A stretch of DNA of 64,000 nt, from contig OY969564.1 of assembly GCA_963701095.1 (NCBI GenBank), positions 640,001 to 704,000 of the forward strand, read 5' to 3'. Below are positions 1-10,494 of this stretch, in pieces (the first letter of the stretch is position 1; every line of letters begins with the position of its first letter). This DNA comes from an uncultured Methanoregulaceae archaeon. Its GTDB lineage: Archaea > Halobacteriota > Methanomicrobia > Methanomicrobiales > Methanospirillaceae. The notes beneath the pieces were generated by a model. The model saw only the letters and a program-made list of their open reading frames with translations. It was not told the DNA's origin and searched no databases. Both the position numbers and the translations under genes were made by a program.

Positions 1-915
1 GAATAGCAGGGACGGTGATAACAGCCAGATCGACCGGGGCAGGAATTGCCGTAATCGTTGGATATGCTTTGAGCCCCTGGATCTCTGACCGTTTGTTGTT
101 AACCGGGTATAATTGTCCCGGAAAATGGAGGAGGTTGTGCATAACCGCGTACCCCATTTTTGATGAGTCCTGAGATGCACCGATAACAGCGATTGAACGG
201 GGCGTGAAATATTCTATTGGTACAGGTAGCCGGTCTTTAGGTTCTGGTTTATGGATGAGCTCCGAAACAATAACTCTTGCATCCACGGCACAGGCACCGG
301 ATTCGTACAACCGGAGTGGGTTAACGTCAAACTCAACAATATGCTCATTTTCCAGGAAGAAGCGGCTGACATTGGCAATGATCTTTACAAGTGTCTCCTC
401 ATCACGGGGTTTTGCACCCCGGTAACCTGCAATTAACGGATATGCATTGATCTCGTGGATCATCTGCCGGATTTCAGCCTCAGTCACCGGCAGGATGCGC
501 AGCGTTATATCCTTCATGAGTTCCACCATTGTTCCACCCATGCCAAAGGTGATTACCTTGCCAAAAGCCGGATCAGTTCGCCCTCCGATAATCAGCTCAA
601 GGCCGGGTTCTGCCTGCTGCTCGACCATGACCCCGTCAATCTGCGCTTCCCCATTGTAGGCCTTTGCGTTATCGATGATCTTGGTAAATGCGCCCAATGC
701 AGCCTTCCTACTGCCGATACCGACCATCACGCCTCCCGCATCACTCTTGTGAACAATCTGCGGGGATATGATCTTCATCACCACCGGGCATCCCATCTTC
801 TCGGCCGCAATAGCCGCATCCTCACCATTCTTGACGATCTGGTACTGGGGACCGGGATCTCGTATTTTCTTAAAATGTCATATCCTTCCGCTTCTGAGAG
901 CATCTTCTGGGTCAA
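1..915 (-). CDS. acd: Acetate--CoA ligase (ADP-forming), fused ATP-grasp (beta) + CoA-binding (alpha) protein; runs off the window start, frameshift near 850
   Basis: MLSEAEGYDILRKYEIPVP, then in another frame PVVMKIISPQIVHKSDAGGV...DPAFGKVITFGMGG...FDVNPL, then PRSIAVIGASQDSSKMG (CoA-binding). TTG start preceded by GAGGTGA. Confidence 0.85.
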
Positions 916-1188
916 ATGTTCACCTCGAATCATGAGTAAGGGGATTTCAACTTTTAGTTTCCCCGGATAAATCTGGCGTACAGGAAAAAGGCCCTTAAAA
1001 GGACGCGGCTGCACACCCCTGTTTCATTATGTGATAACAAATTTGGCGAGACCTCATTTAAATGTGCTGAATTGTAAGTAATGCGCGATATAGGATAAAC
1101 GGGCAGATATTTGGGCGAATTTTCCCATTCTAACCGCAAAGATTAACTTTGATTCATCATTATTGATAATGTAGATTAAAGGTGCATT

Positions 1189-3083
1189 ATGGGTAAAAGC
1201 GCAGATGACGGAAAAGGGTCCGGCTATTATACACCGGACCCATCATACCGTGTGCACAGCTGGATGGGTGATTATACCTGGACCTACAATGAATTTGTCA
1301 AGGATCCGGAAAAATTCTGGGATCATATCGCCCAGAAGCTTCACTGGTTTTCTCCCTATGACAAGGTCAGTGAATGGCAGTACCCGTATGCGAAATGGTT
1401 CGTGAACGGTAAGACCAACATCACCTATAACTGTCTCGACCGGCATGTACTCGGAGACCGGCGTAATAAGGTGGCACTGATCTGGAAAGGTGAGTTTCCC
1501 GAGGAAGAACGGGTCTTCACGTACCGCCAGCTGTACCGTGAGGTACAGCGGTTCGCAAACGGTCTCAAAAAACTCGGTGTCACGAAGGGCGACCGGGTCT
1601 GCATCTATATGCCGGTCATCCCCGAACAGATCATCGCCATGCTCGCTTGTACCAGGATAGGCGCGATACATTCGGTGGTTTTCGGGGGATACGGTGCTGC
1701 AGCCCTCAACCAGCGGATCGTAGGTGCAGGCGCAAAAATCGTTATAACCGCAGACATGGCGATTCGCCGGGGCAAAGCCATCCAGCTCAAAAACGTAATT
1801 GAAGAAGCTGTGATCAACGCTCCTACCGTTGAAACTCTCATTATTCTGCGCCGGGAACAGCGAACACCGGTTGAACTCCACAGCGAATTGGAAGTTGATT
1901 TCTATGAACTGATGGCTGACGTGGACTCCGACTGCCCGGCAGAAGTTATGGACTCCGAAGATCCGCTGTTCATTCTCTACACAAGCGGTACCACAGGCGC
2001 TCCCAAAGGCATTGTCCATACCTGTGGAGGCTATATGGTCGGAGCGTTCTATACAACCAAGTATATCTTCGATATCAAAGAGCACGATGTTTACTGGTGT
2101 ACGGCAGACCCCGGCTGGATCACCGGGCATACATACGTCGTCTACGGTCCGCTCTCCGTCGGTGCTACTATTCTTATTGCCGAAAATACCCCCGATTACC
2201 CGGACCGGGCACCTGGTGGAAAATCGTCGAGGAATATGGGGTTAATATTCTCTATACCGCACCTACCGCAATCCGGATGTTCATGAAACTGGGGCGAGAA
2301 TGGCCGGATAAATACAACCTCAGCAGCCTGCGGGTTCTGGGATCGGTCGGTGAACCGCTCAATCCTGAAGCTTTCGAATGGTTCTACCACGTGATAGGAA
2401 AGGACCGGTGCCCCATTGTCGATACCTGGTGGCAGACGGAGACAGGGATGCATATGGTGACAACCGTACTGGGAGAACCGATGCGGCCGGGTTACGTGGG
2501 TAAATCAATTCCCGGTGTTGTAGCCGATGTCGTCGATAAAGACGGCAAAAGTGTCGGTCCCGGGGAAAGCGGGTTCCTTGTGATCCGGCAGCCGTGGCCT
2601 GCGATGATGCGGACAATCTATAACAACGATGAACGATATCGCAAATACTGGGAAACCCTTCCCGGCTGCTACGTTGTTGGTGACCTCGCGATAAAAGGAG
2701 ATGACGGCTATATTATGGTGATCGGAAGATCCGACGACCTCATCATCGTCTCCGGCCACAACATCGGCACTGCAGAAGTGGAGAGTTCGCTTGTTTCCCA
2801 TAAGGCAGTCGCAGAAGCTGCAGTTATAGGAAAACCCGATCCGGTTAAGGGAAACACCATCAAAGCCTTTGTTACGCTCCGTGTCGGCCATACCCCAAGC
2901 GACAAACTCAAAAACGAACTTATCTATCACGTGCGAATCACGCTTGGCCCTATTGCCATGCCCTCGGAGATCGAGTTCACGGAATCGCTGCCTAAAACCC
3001 GTAGCGGTAAAATTGTCCGGCGTATCTTAAAAGCAAAAGAGATGGGCATGGATCCAGGCGACATCTCCACACTCGATGAATGA
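1189..3083 (+). CDS. acs: Acetyl-CoA synthetase (AMP-forming); split by a 1-bp deletion at about 2205
   Basis: Motifs [45 protein letters not shown]. ORFs 1189-2286 and 2097-3083 join at PDYPD(P)GTWW. Confidence 0.93.
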
Positions 3084-3112
3084 GACCTGTATACCGGTCT
3101 CCCTGTTTTTCT
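3082..3112 (+). terminator. Candidate terminator after acs
   Basis: gagacc-N7-ggtctc hairpin followed by a T-tract right after the stop. Confidence 0.4.
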
Positions 3113-3237
3113 TCGGTAATACCCGATGCCTTTTTATACAGTGCACCCCTTTCTTTATATGCTTTATATACGGGGACACCGATCCTAGGATCTCCCCGTC
3201 CTTAAAAAAATTGGGAAAAAGTAAAGGTGATGATACC

Positions 3238-3798
3238 ATGAAGGTTAATCCAGAGGACTCACTGAAAATAGAAAATATCGTTGCTTCCGCAAAGGTTTGC
3301 GATTATCTCGACCTACCGGCACTTGCATCCAAGATCAAAGACGCTGAATACAATAAGAAACGATTCCCCGGCGTTGTCCTGCGGATGCAGAACCCGAAGA
3401 TCGCCGCGCTCGTCTTTGGATCGGGAAAAGTAGTCCTTACCGGGGCAAAGAGTGTCGACAGCCTTTCAAAAGGCCTAACGATTCTTGGAAACCAGCTCCG
3501 GAGTCTGGATATTGACATCCCAAAGAAACTTACCTATAAGATCCAGAATATTGTCACTTCCGCTGATCTTGCAACAGCGATAAATCTCAACAAGATTGCC
3601 GTGGGATTTAATCTCGACAGGATCGAATATGAACCGGAACAATTCCCGGGCCTCGTGTACCGTCTTGAGAACCCCAAAGTTGTTGTCCTGCTCTTTGGGT
3701 CAGGAAGACTCATTATAACAGGTGGCAAGGAACCTGAAGATGCAAAAAAGGCCGTTATCAAGATCCTCGCTGATCTGCGAAGTCTCGGTCTTATGTAA
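3238..3798 (+). CDS. tbp: TATA-box-binding protein
   Basis: Two TBP repeats: IENIVASA...YNKKRFPGVVLRMQNPKIAALVFGSGKVVLTGAKS and IQNIVTSA...YEPEQFPGLVYRL. AAGGTGA RBS; TTTATATA at about 3163. Confidence 0.97.
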   Translation: MKVNPEDSLKIENIVASAKVCDYLDLPALASKIKDAEYNKKRFPGVVLRMQNPKIAALVFGSGKVVLTGAKSVDSLSKGLTILGNQLRSLDIDIPKKLTYKIQNIVTSADLATAINLNKIAVGFNLDRIEYEPEQFPGLVYRLENPKVVVLLFGSGRLIITGGKEPEDAKKAVIKILADLRSLGLM

Positions 3799-3970
3799 CC
3801 TTTTTTGGTAACAGTGATACTTTAATTTTAGATGAAGTGTAATATATCAAGCAACCCATTCACTTGGGCATATAAAAGTTGTGTTTGTTGTTTATCAATA
3901 ACAGAGGATATATATCGCAGGTATGATAAATTATGGTCAAAGAAAGGAAAAAAATGACGGAGGAATGTGC

Positions 3971-4345
3971 ATGAGAACAGAAAATGTAATGTATTTTACG
4001 GAAAAAGAAGAGGAATTCGCAAATCTTCTTGTAGAGATCGGCACGAAGAAGAACGTTGCTAAAGTGCTGGTATTTTTAGCAAATATTCCCGAAGCAACCT
4101 CGCGGGCAATCGAACGTGGAACAGACCTTCGTCAACCAGAGGTTAGTATCGCTATGCGGTACCTGATGGACCAGGGATGGATCACCAGCCGCGAGAGCAA
4201 AGCCGAAAGCAAGGGACGCCCGGTTAAGATCTATGAACTGGCAAAACCCATAACCGATATTATGGACAGTATCGAGAAAGAAAAGAAGAAAGAAGCGACC
4301 AACCAGCTCGCAATGATCCAGAAATTACGTGATTATATCCGCTGA
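3971..4345 (+). CDS. Winged-HTH transcriptional regulator (COG4738-like, ArsR/MarR fold)
   Basis: SRAIERGTDLRQPEVSIAMRYL...KGRPVKIYELAKP, typical of this methanogen family. Confidence 0.8.
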   Translation: MRTENVMYFTEKEEEFANLLVEIGTKKNVAKVLVFLANIPEATSRAIERGTDLRQPEVSIAMRYLMDQGWITSRESKAESKGRPVKIYELAKPITDIMDSIEKEKKKEATNQLAMIQKLRDYIR

Positions 4346-5038
4346 ATTAAAAACCCCACATTTTTTATCATCGCCGACGATTACCGTCGTGTTTCCTAGG
4401 AACCGGGTAAAAAGACCACTCTCGACCACACCGGGGATTGCCGCAATTGCTGCTTCGATGGCAGCCGGGTCCCCGATTTCGTTGAATTGGCAGTCAACAA
4501 TAAAATTTCCATTATCCGTTATTACCGGGCCATCCTTTTTTACCGCTTCGCGAATGAAAGGCCGGCAGCCCAGTCCCCGAAGTTGTGCCATTGCCGGCTT
4601 CGTTGCAAAGGGAAGCGTCTCAACCGGCACTGTACCGGAGAGTTTAGGAACCATCTTCGACTCGTCCACAACAACGATGAACCGGAAAGCCGCTGCAGCC
4701 ACGCATTTTTCCCGGGTAAGCGCTGCTCCTCGTCCCTTGATCATACGGAAGCCGGGATCCACCTGGTCTGCGCCGTCAATAGCGAGATCGAGTACCGGGT
4801 TGTCATCAAGTGTAGTCAGGGGAATGCCGTATTCCCGTGCCCGCATCGCAGTCTGGTAGGATGTGGGAATACCGTAAACCGACAGACCGTCCCGGATCCT
4901 GCCGGAAAGGCATTCGATGGTATGATAGACCGTGGAACCTGTCCCAAGGCCGATGACCATCCCGTCCTCCACCATTCCTGCCGCCATATATCCTGCAGCC
5001 CGTTTCGCCGCGGCAGCTGTATCTGTTATGTCAGCCAT
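4325..5038 (-). CDS. rpiA: Ribose-5-phosphate isomerase A
   Basis: GLGTGST, DGADQVD, IKGRGAALTREK, VITDNGNFIVD. Confidence 0.96.
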   Translation of the reverse strand: MADITDTAAAAKRAAGYMAAGMVEDGMVIGLGTGSTVYHTIECLSGRIRDGLSVYGIPTSYQTAMRAREYGIPLTTLDDNPVLDLAIDGADQVDPGFRMIKGRGAALTREKCVAAAAFRFIVVVDESKMVPKLSGTVPVETLPFATKPAMAQLRGLGCRPFIREAVKKDGPVITDNGNFIVDCQFNEIGDPAAIEAAIAAIPGVVESGLFTRFLGNTTVIVGDDKKCGVFNSADIIT

Positions 5039-5108
5039 ACTGATGATAGGATTGGGGTGCCGGATAATTAAAACTGGTGAAGACCGGGTACCCGGCGGAG
5101 AGGATCGG

Positions 5109-5891
5109 TTAATCCTGGAAAATTTTCCTTGTACAGGTATCAGCCGCATGGGCTGTACAGTCCAGCGTGATAGGCGTAATCGAGATGTTACCCTTCCTGA
5201 CCGCATGCACATCGGTACCTTCCTCAGCATCTTCAAGGAGGGGTCCATTGATCCAGAAGTATGGCCTCCCCCGGGGATCGAGTCTTTTCTCGACACCGGT
5301 ACGAAAGAGTTTTCGTGCAAGCCGGGTTACTTCGTAGCCGCCTTTAATCTTCGAGGGGATATTTACATTAATGACATCGGCATCCGGGCAGAAACCCGCT
5401 GAAAGCACACGCTCGACCACATCCCGCACAACTTTTTTTGCCTCATCAAAACTCTGGGCTGACTGGCCGGGATCATCGAACTTGTCTCCCTGGTCTTCTA
5501 CCTGCAACGAGAAAGCAATTCCTTTGGTTCCCTGGTTTGATGCTTCCAGAGCTGCACCCATCGTACCTGATGTCATAATCGATTCATACGAGAGATTTTC
5601 GCCTATATTAATACCGCTTACCACAAGCGTGGGTGCAAGCTTGAGTGCATACAACCCGATAATGACTGCATCGGTAGGTTTCCCGGCAACTGCCCAGGCA
5701 GGGATACCGTTGATCCGGATACTGTTTGCCCGGATAGGTTCGAAGATCGAGATCGAGCGGCCAACCGCGCTCTGCTGGGTAGCCGGGGCAACGACCGTAA
5801 CGTCAGCAATGGGGCAAAGCGCCTCATAAGCCGCCCATATACCAAGGGAGTTCACACCGTCGTCATTGGTGAGCAGGATCGCGGGTCTCAT
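5109..5891 (-). CDS. surE: 5'/3'-nucleotidase SurE
   Basis: ILLTNDDG, SGINIGEN, SGTMGAA, NVNIP. Confidence 0.96.
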   Translation of the reverse strand: MRPAILLTNDDGVNSLGIWAAYEALCPIADVTVVAPATQQSAVGRSISIFEPIRANSIRINGIPAWAVAGKPTDAVIIGLYALKLAPTLVVSGINIGENLSYESIMTSGTMGAALEASNQGTKGIAFSLQVEDQGDKFDDPGQSAQSFDEAKKVVRDVVERVLSAGFCPDADVINVNIPSKIKGGYEVTRLARKLFRTGVEKRLDPRGRPYFWINGPLLEDAEEGTDVHAVRKGNISITPITLDCTAHAADTCTRKIFQD

Positions 5892-6003
5892 AACACGGTA
5901 CTCTTGGAGCAACCTTGCCAAATAACTGATCGATCCGTGCAGATCGCCAATTGGGCATAAACGGATAGGGTAATTTCCTGTAACGTCACAATAGTACCCG
6001 GCT

Positions 6004-6891
6004 ATGAAAGTCCTTCTTGCCGAGTATGCTACGTTCCGTGACCCTGTCCTTGCTTCTGAAGGAAAGGCGATGCTTGATGTCCTGCACCAGAGTTTTACCC
6101 GGTGCGGTTATGAAGTAATTCTTCCCGGTCCCGGGGATTTTCTTGAAGAGATACAACGGCTTTCGCTTACCTGTGAGATGGGCCTTGTAATTGCCCCGGA
6201 TTGCCTGCTTTCGAAATGTACGTTCCCGGTCGAACAGCACTCCCATAACCTTGGCTGCGGCAGCATGAATGCTGCACTCTGCGCTAACAAGGTCACGACC
6301 GGCCGGATCCTCAAAACCCATGGAATTCCAGTCCCGGCAGACGCGCCTTCAGGGAAACACGTCGTTAAACCCATTGCCGGTTGCGGTGCTCAGGGGGTCC
6401 GGCTAACCACCGATGCCCCCCGAAAGGATGAGTTTGCCCAGGAATATATCGAGGGTGAGCACTACTCGGTAAGCATCGTAATAAGCCGGGTCATCGGCGA
6501 AGCCTGCCTGTACTTTTCCGGCAATCCACCACTTATCCTCGCTGTCAACCGGCAGTTTGTAGCCCTCAATGCAGACGGCACGTTCACTTATTCAGGAGGT
6601 GAAACGCCCGTCCATCCCCAGCGGGAACAGGAGATCACTGAAACCGCAGTAAAAGCCGCTGCGATTCTTGGCTGCCAGGGTTACTGCGGCGTCGATGTAG
6701 TGGTCGGAGACCGTGTCTATGTTGTGGACGTAAACCCGAGGATCACTACAAGTCTTGTCGGTATTGCTGCCTGCATGAACGAAGAGATCGCTGCACTGCT
6801 GGTCGGCGCCTCACAGGGAAACATCCCGGACAAAGTGACCTATCGGAGCAGGGTGCGTTTCGACCGGAGCGGGACGGTCACCCCGTTATGA
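6004..6891 (+). CDS. mfnD: ATP-grasp protein, probable tyramine--L-glutamate ligase (methanofuran biosynthesis)
   Basis: MKVLLAEY...EGKAML, VKPIAGCGA, QEYIEGEHYSVS, VVDVNPRITTS. Overlaps the mfnF-like gene. Confidence 0.75.
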   Translation: MKVLLAEYATFRDPVLASEGKAMLDVLHQSFTRCGYEVILPGPGDFLEEIQRLSLTCEMGLVIAPDCLLSKCTFPVEQHSHNLGCGSMNAALCANKVTTGRILKTHGIPVPADAPSGKHVVKPIAGCGAQGVRLTTDAPRKDEFAQEYIEGEHYSVSIVISRVIGEACLYFSGNPPLILAVNRQFVALNADGTFTYSGGETPVHPQREQEITETAVKAAAILGCQGYCGVDVVVGDRVYVVDVNPRITTSLVGIAACMNEEIAALLVGASQGNIPDKVTYRSRVRFDRSGTVTPL

Positions 6892-7823
6892 TCGGTATTG
6901 ACGTCGGCGGGGCAAACCTCAAGGTCGCTGACGATAATGGGATCCACATTCACTATTGCCCTCTCTGGTCCGGGGCACCAATTGCCGGGATCCTTTGCCA
7001 GTACTCCAAGGAGAGGAATACCGGGGCCGCTGTCGTCATGAGCGGTGAACTTGCCGATTGTTTTGAGAACAAGACCCAAGGCATCGCATTCATTGTCAAT
7101 GCAGTCCGGGAGGTTTTTCCAGCAGCCCGGTTCTACGGCACCGACGCCACATTCCATGATCGTCCGGTACCGGAGCTTGCAGCAGCAAACTGGCTCGCTT
7201 CGGCCGATTTTCTGCGTGAAAAATACCCGGATGCCTTGCTTCTCGACATCGGCAGTACGACCGCCGACTTTATCCCGCTCTCCCGTTTTTCTTCCCTTAA
7301 AGGCCTTTCAGACCTCGCACGGCTTCAAAAAGGATACCTTGTGTACACCGGCATGCTCCGGACACCGGTAGCTACCCTTCTTTCTTCCGTAGACCTTGAC
7401 GGGATACCAACCCCGGTCAGCACCGAATATTTTGCTGCGAGTGGCGATGCTCATCTCGTGCTTGGCCATATCAGGGAAAACGATTACAGCTGCGATACCC
7501 CGGACCACAAAGAAAAGACCCGTGGAGCCAGCCTGCGCCGGCTTGCCCGGGTAGTCTGCGCAGACCTCGAAGAGATAGGTGAAAATGGTGCCCGGCAGAT
7601 AGCAGAAGCATTCTGGGAACGGCAGCAGGCGCTGGTTTGTGATGCGGTGCACAGGGTTACGAAAGAGACAGAGACTACCACGGTAGTCGTGGCCGGTTTA
7701 GGTTCGGCACTCTTTGCCCGGGTATTGCGAGGTATTGATCTTTCACAGGAGATAGGACCAGCCGCAGATGCGCTCCCAGCATATGCCGTCAGGGAGGTGG
7801 CACTACGGAAGCATGGAAACTGA
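6888..7823 (+). CDS. mfnF: Hydantoinase/oxoprolinase-family protein, probable MfnF (methanofuran biosynthesis)
   Basis: IGIDVGGANLK, VMSGELADCF, LAAANW, DIGSTTAD, LVYTGMLRT. Confidence 0.82.
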   Translation: MIGIDVGGANLKVADDNGIHIHYCPLWSGAPIAGILCQYSKERNTGAAVVMSGELADCFENKTQGIAFIVNAVREVFPAARFYGTDATFHDRPVPELAAANWLASADFLREKYPDALLLDIGSTTADFIPLSRFSSLKGLSDLARLQKGYLVYTGMLRTPVATLLSSVDLDGIPTPVSTEYFAASGDAHLVLGHIRENDYSCDTPDHKEKTRGASLRRLARVVCADLEEIGENGARQIAEAFWERQQALVCDAVHRVTKETETTTVVVAGLGSALFARVLRGIDLSQEIGPAADALPAYAVREVALRKHGN

Positions 7824-7879
7824 GCCTTGGTCTCCTTGCCGGTTCAATCGGCATTACAGCTGTTCTTTGGAGTTTGCAT

Positions 7880-8497
7880 CTACCGTTCTTTTTCCTTTTT
7901 CTCTGCATCCCGATCTTCCCCTTCCTGGGGAAGCGTCAGGTCAAACGCTGTCCGGTGTGTGGATGGGAAACCACAGGCAGCGAGAACTTCTGCCCCGCGG
8001 ACGGGACTGCCCTTCTCGGCCCGGGAGGAGACGGAAGACAATGAGATTACCGAAAGCGGCATCCGGATACCGAAAAGATCCGTGGACGGTACAATGTGAA
8101 CCTGCTTCTGTACATACTGCCGGCAGCTGGTCCGGTCAACAATAATATCCACCGCGTCAAGCCATGCCGCAGTCCGGTTGACCGGCATCATGGTTGCAAG
8201 CGTCAGGCAGAGGTCAACAACCGGTGATCCGATCCGGGTGCCCGGGTAGAACGGTTCATCGGCGTTGACAATACGGCCGCATGAATGGCAGGAAAATCGT
8301 TTGACAGACACGGTGAGGGAACGTTCGTGATCATTTTCACGGACAACAGCAAACACTTTTTTCCGGGTATCGTATCCAGAAACCGCCCCACCACAGACCG
8401 GACAGGAGGCAAGCTCGCTGAAGGTTACCCTGTCAACAGCCAAAAGCCCAGCCTGGACGATCATTGCAAGCATAGGTGGGATGCGGGGACTTTTCAT
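7880..8497 (-). CDS. Hypothetical protein with a zinc-ribbon (CPVCGG...CHSCG)
   Basis: 205-aa ORF with two CxxC pairs, divergent from the fdhA-like gene. Confidence 0.7.
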   Translation of the reverse strand: MKSPRIPPMLAMIVQAGLLAVDRVTFSELASCPVCGGAVSGYDTRKKVFAVVRENDHERSLTVSVKRFSCHSCGRIVNADEPFYPGTRIGSPVVDLCLTLATMMPVNRTAAWLDAVDIIVDRTSCRQYVQKQVHIVPSTDLFGIRMPLSVISLSSVSSRAEKGSPVRGAEVLAACGFPSTHRTAFDLTLPQEGEDRDAEKKEKER

Positions 8498-8635
8498 CAG
8501 GACGCCTTCTTATGACAGGTTAAAATTCAGCACGCAAAAACTGCCCTGAAACCCACCATTAATCATCATATTTTGTAGCGTTTTGATCACCCTTAAATAC
8601 TCCGGTAACAGACCTTTTTTGTTCGAGGTTAGAAC

Positions 8636-10492
8636 ATGGACTTTAAATATGTACCAAGCACCTGTCCCTACTGTGGCAACGGGTGTGGTGTCAACCTTGT
8701 CGTAAAAGACGGCAAAGTTGTCGGGCTCTCCCCGTGGCACCGCAACCCGGTCAACGAGGGAAAGGTCTGTATCCGCGGGAACAAGCCATATGAGTTTGTC
8801 AACAGCCCGGACCGGATTATGGCTCCGCTCGTGAAAAAGGGCGACAAGTTCGAAGAAGTCAGCTGGGAAGACGCCTACAAGGAGATCGCCGCTGCTTTTA
8901 AGGCAGTCAAGGGCGACGCCATCGGTGTTGTCGCTTCTGCAAGGAACAGCAACGAAGACTCTTTTGTCTTAAAACACTTCGCGTCGGACGTGCTCAAGAC
9001 GGCAAACATCGATTACTGCGGCCGCCGGTGTAATGCTGACGCCGTTAAAGGTCTTACCGATGCATTCGGGAATGGTGCAACCACGAATTCGCTTGCCGAT
9101 CTTGAACAGGCAAAGGCAATCCTCATCGTGGGAGCAAACCCGCTCGAAGAGAACCCGCTTGCAGGCCGAAGGGTTATCATTGCCAAACAAAACGGTGCAA
9201 AGATAATCGTCGCCGACTCCCGTAACACGGCAACGGCAAAGCTTGCCGACATCCATATTACCTGCAACCCGGGCACGGGTGTGGCGCTGGTCAACGGTAT
9301 TATCACTGCCATCATCAAGGCAGGTAAAGAGAACAAGGATTACATTGCAAAGCACACCAAGGACTTTGAAAAGGCAAAGGCGGCAGCAGCAGCCTGCACA
9401 CCGGAAGCGGTCGCAAAGGCAGCTGGTATCAGCGCTGATGTTGTCACCCAGGTGGCCGAGATCTTTGCCTCAACACAGCCAGCGGCAGTAGTTACCTCAG
9501 CAGGCGCAGGTGCAGGAGACCTTATCCGGGCCCTTGCAAACCTCCAGATGGTCACCGGTAACGTCGGCAAAGCCGGTGCAGGTGTCAATCTCCTCCGCGG
9601 CAAAAGCAATGCCCAGGGAGCAGCCGATGTCGGCGCAGTTCCCGGAGAGGGCGGTCTCACCGTTCCGGCCATGATCGACGCGGCAGCAGCCGGTAAAATC
9701 AAGGCACTCTATGTAGTCGGTGAAAATATTGCATCCGCAGGTCCTCATGTAGCTGACGCCCTGGCAAAGCTTGACTTCCTGGTTGTCCAGGACCTCTTCA
9801 TGACTGCGACTGCCGCAAAGGCAAACGTTGTCCTGCCCTCAGCCTCTTTTGCAGAGCGCGACGGGACCGTCACCAATGCCGAGCGCCGTGTCCAGCGGGT
9901 CAGGAAAGCCATCGAACCTATCGGCTCCTCCAAACCCGACTGGCAGATTATAAGCGAGATTGCAAAGGCAATGGGTCACGAGAAGGACTTTGCATTCAAG
10001 GACGCAGAAGCTATCTTTAACGAGATTGCAAAGACTGTCCCTGCCTATGCAGGTATCACCTATGCAAAACTCGAAAAACCAGAAGCTGTCCAGTGGCCTG
10101 CCGCCGGGGGCGTGTTTGGCACTCAAATCCTGTACACGGACAAGTTTGGTACAAAGGACGGAAAGGCGGCATTCGCGGCCGTCGAGTACAAGGCCGTCGA
10201 AGCAGCTGGCGGGGAGTTCCCGTTTGCGGCAGCTGCCGTCTGGCCCATGGGCACACTTTCTGCCCACACTTCATCTATCATACGCGAGTGGCCGGTGCCA
10301 AGAGTCGAGATTAACAAAGACGATGCAAAAGCACTGGGTATCCTTGACGGATCATTTGTCAAGGTCACCGGAAAAGCCGGGTCAATTACCCTTACCGCTG
10401 ATGTGACCAAGGATATCAAGAAAGGTGTCGTCGGTTTGCCCGCGAACGTTGGCGCTGCTGTCAAGCTTGAGAAATCCACAGGAGGGAACTAA
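8636..10492 (+). CDS. fdhA: Formate dehydrogenase alpha-like molybdopterin oxidoreductase family protein with degenerate active-site and cofactor motifs
   Basis: N-terminal CPYCGNGC...C [4Fe-4S] motif; LDFLVVQDLF, VVLPSASFAERDGTVTNAERRVQ. Active-site segment reads DYCGRRCNA rather than DHCARLCH. Confidence 0.85.
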   Translation: MDFKYVPSTCPYCGNGCGVNLVVKDGKVVGLSPWHRNPVNEGKVCIRGNKPYEFVNSPDRIMAPLVKKGDKFEEVSWEDAYKEIAAAFKAVKGDAIGVVASARNSNEDSFVLKHFASDVLKTANIDYCGRRCNADAVKGLTDAFGNGATTNSLADLEQAKAILIVGANPLEENPLAGRRVIIAKQNGAKIIVADSRNTATAKLADIHITCNPGTGVALVNGIITAIIKAGKENKDYIAKHTKDFEKAKAAAAACTPEAVAKAAGISADVVTQVAEIFASTQPAAVVTSAGAGAGDLIRALANLQMVTGNVGKAGAGVNLLRGKSNAQGAADVGAVPGEGGLTVPAMIDAAAAGKIKALYVVGENIASAGPHVADALAKLDFLVVQDLFMTATAAKANVVLPSASFAERDGTVTNAERRVQRVRKAIEPIGSSKPDWQIISEIAKAMGHEKDFAFKDAEAIFNEIAKTVPAYAGITYAKLEKPEAVQWPAAGGVFGTQILYTDKFGTKDGKAAFAAVEYKAVEAAGGEFPFAAAAVWPMGTLSAHTSSIIREWPVPRVEINKDDAKALGILDGSFVKVTGKAGSITLTADVTKDIKKGVVGLPANVGAAVKLEKSTGGN

Positions 10493-10494
10493 CC

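Noticed and set aside
1243..2130. Long antisense ORFs (also 23931-24782, 28274-29095, 48285-49172, 59350-60039)
   Set aside because: They are shadows of well-supported genes on the opposite strand and carry no recognisable motifs.
2190..2230. Programmed ribosomal frameshifting in acs or herA
   Set aside because: No canonical slippery heptamer with a downstream structure; the window-wide indel load is better explained by sequencing error.
7880..8497. IS transposase
   Set aside because: No DDE or HUH catalytic region and no terminal repeats are visible.
9000..9045. Selenocysteine in FdhA
   Set aside because: The ligand position is a TGT Cys codon; there is no in-frame TGA.
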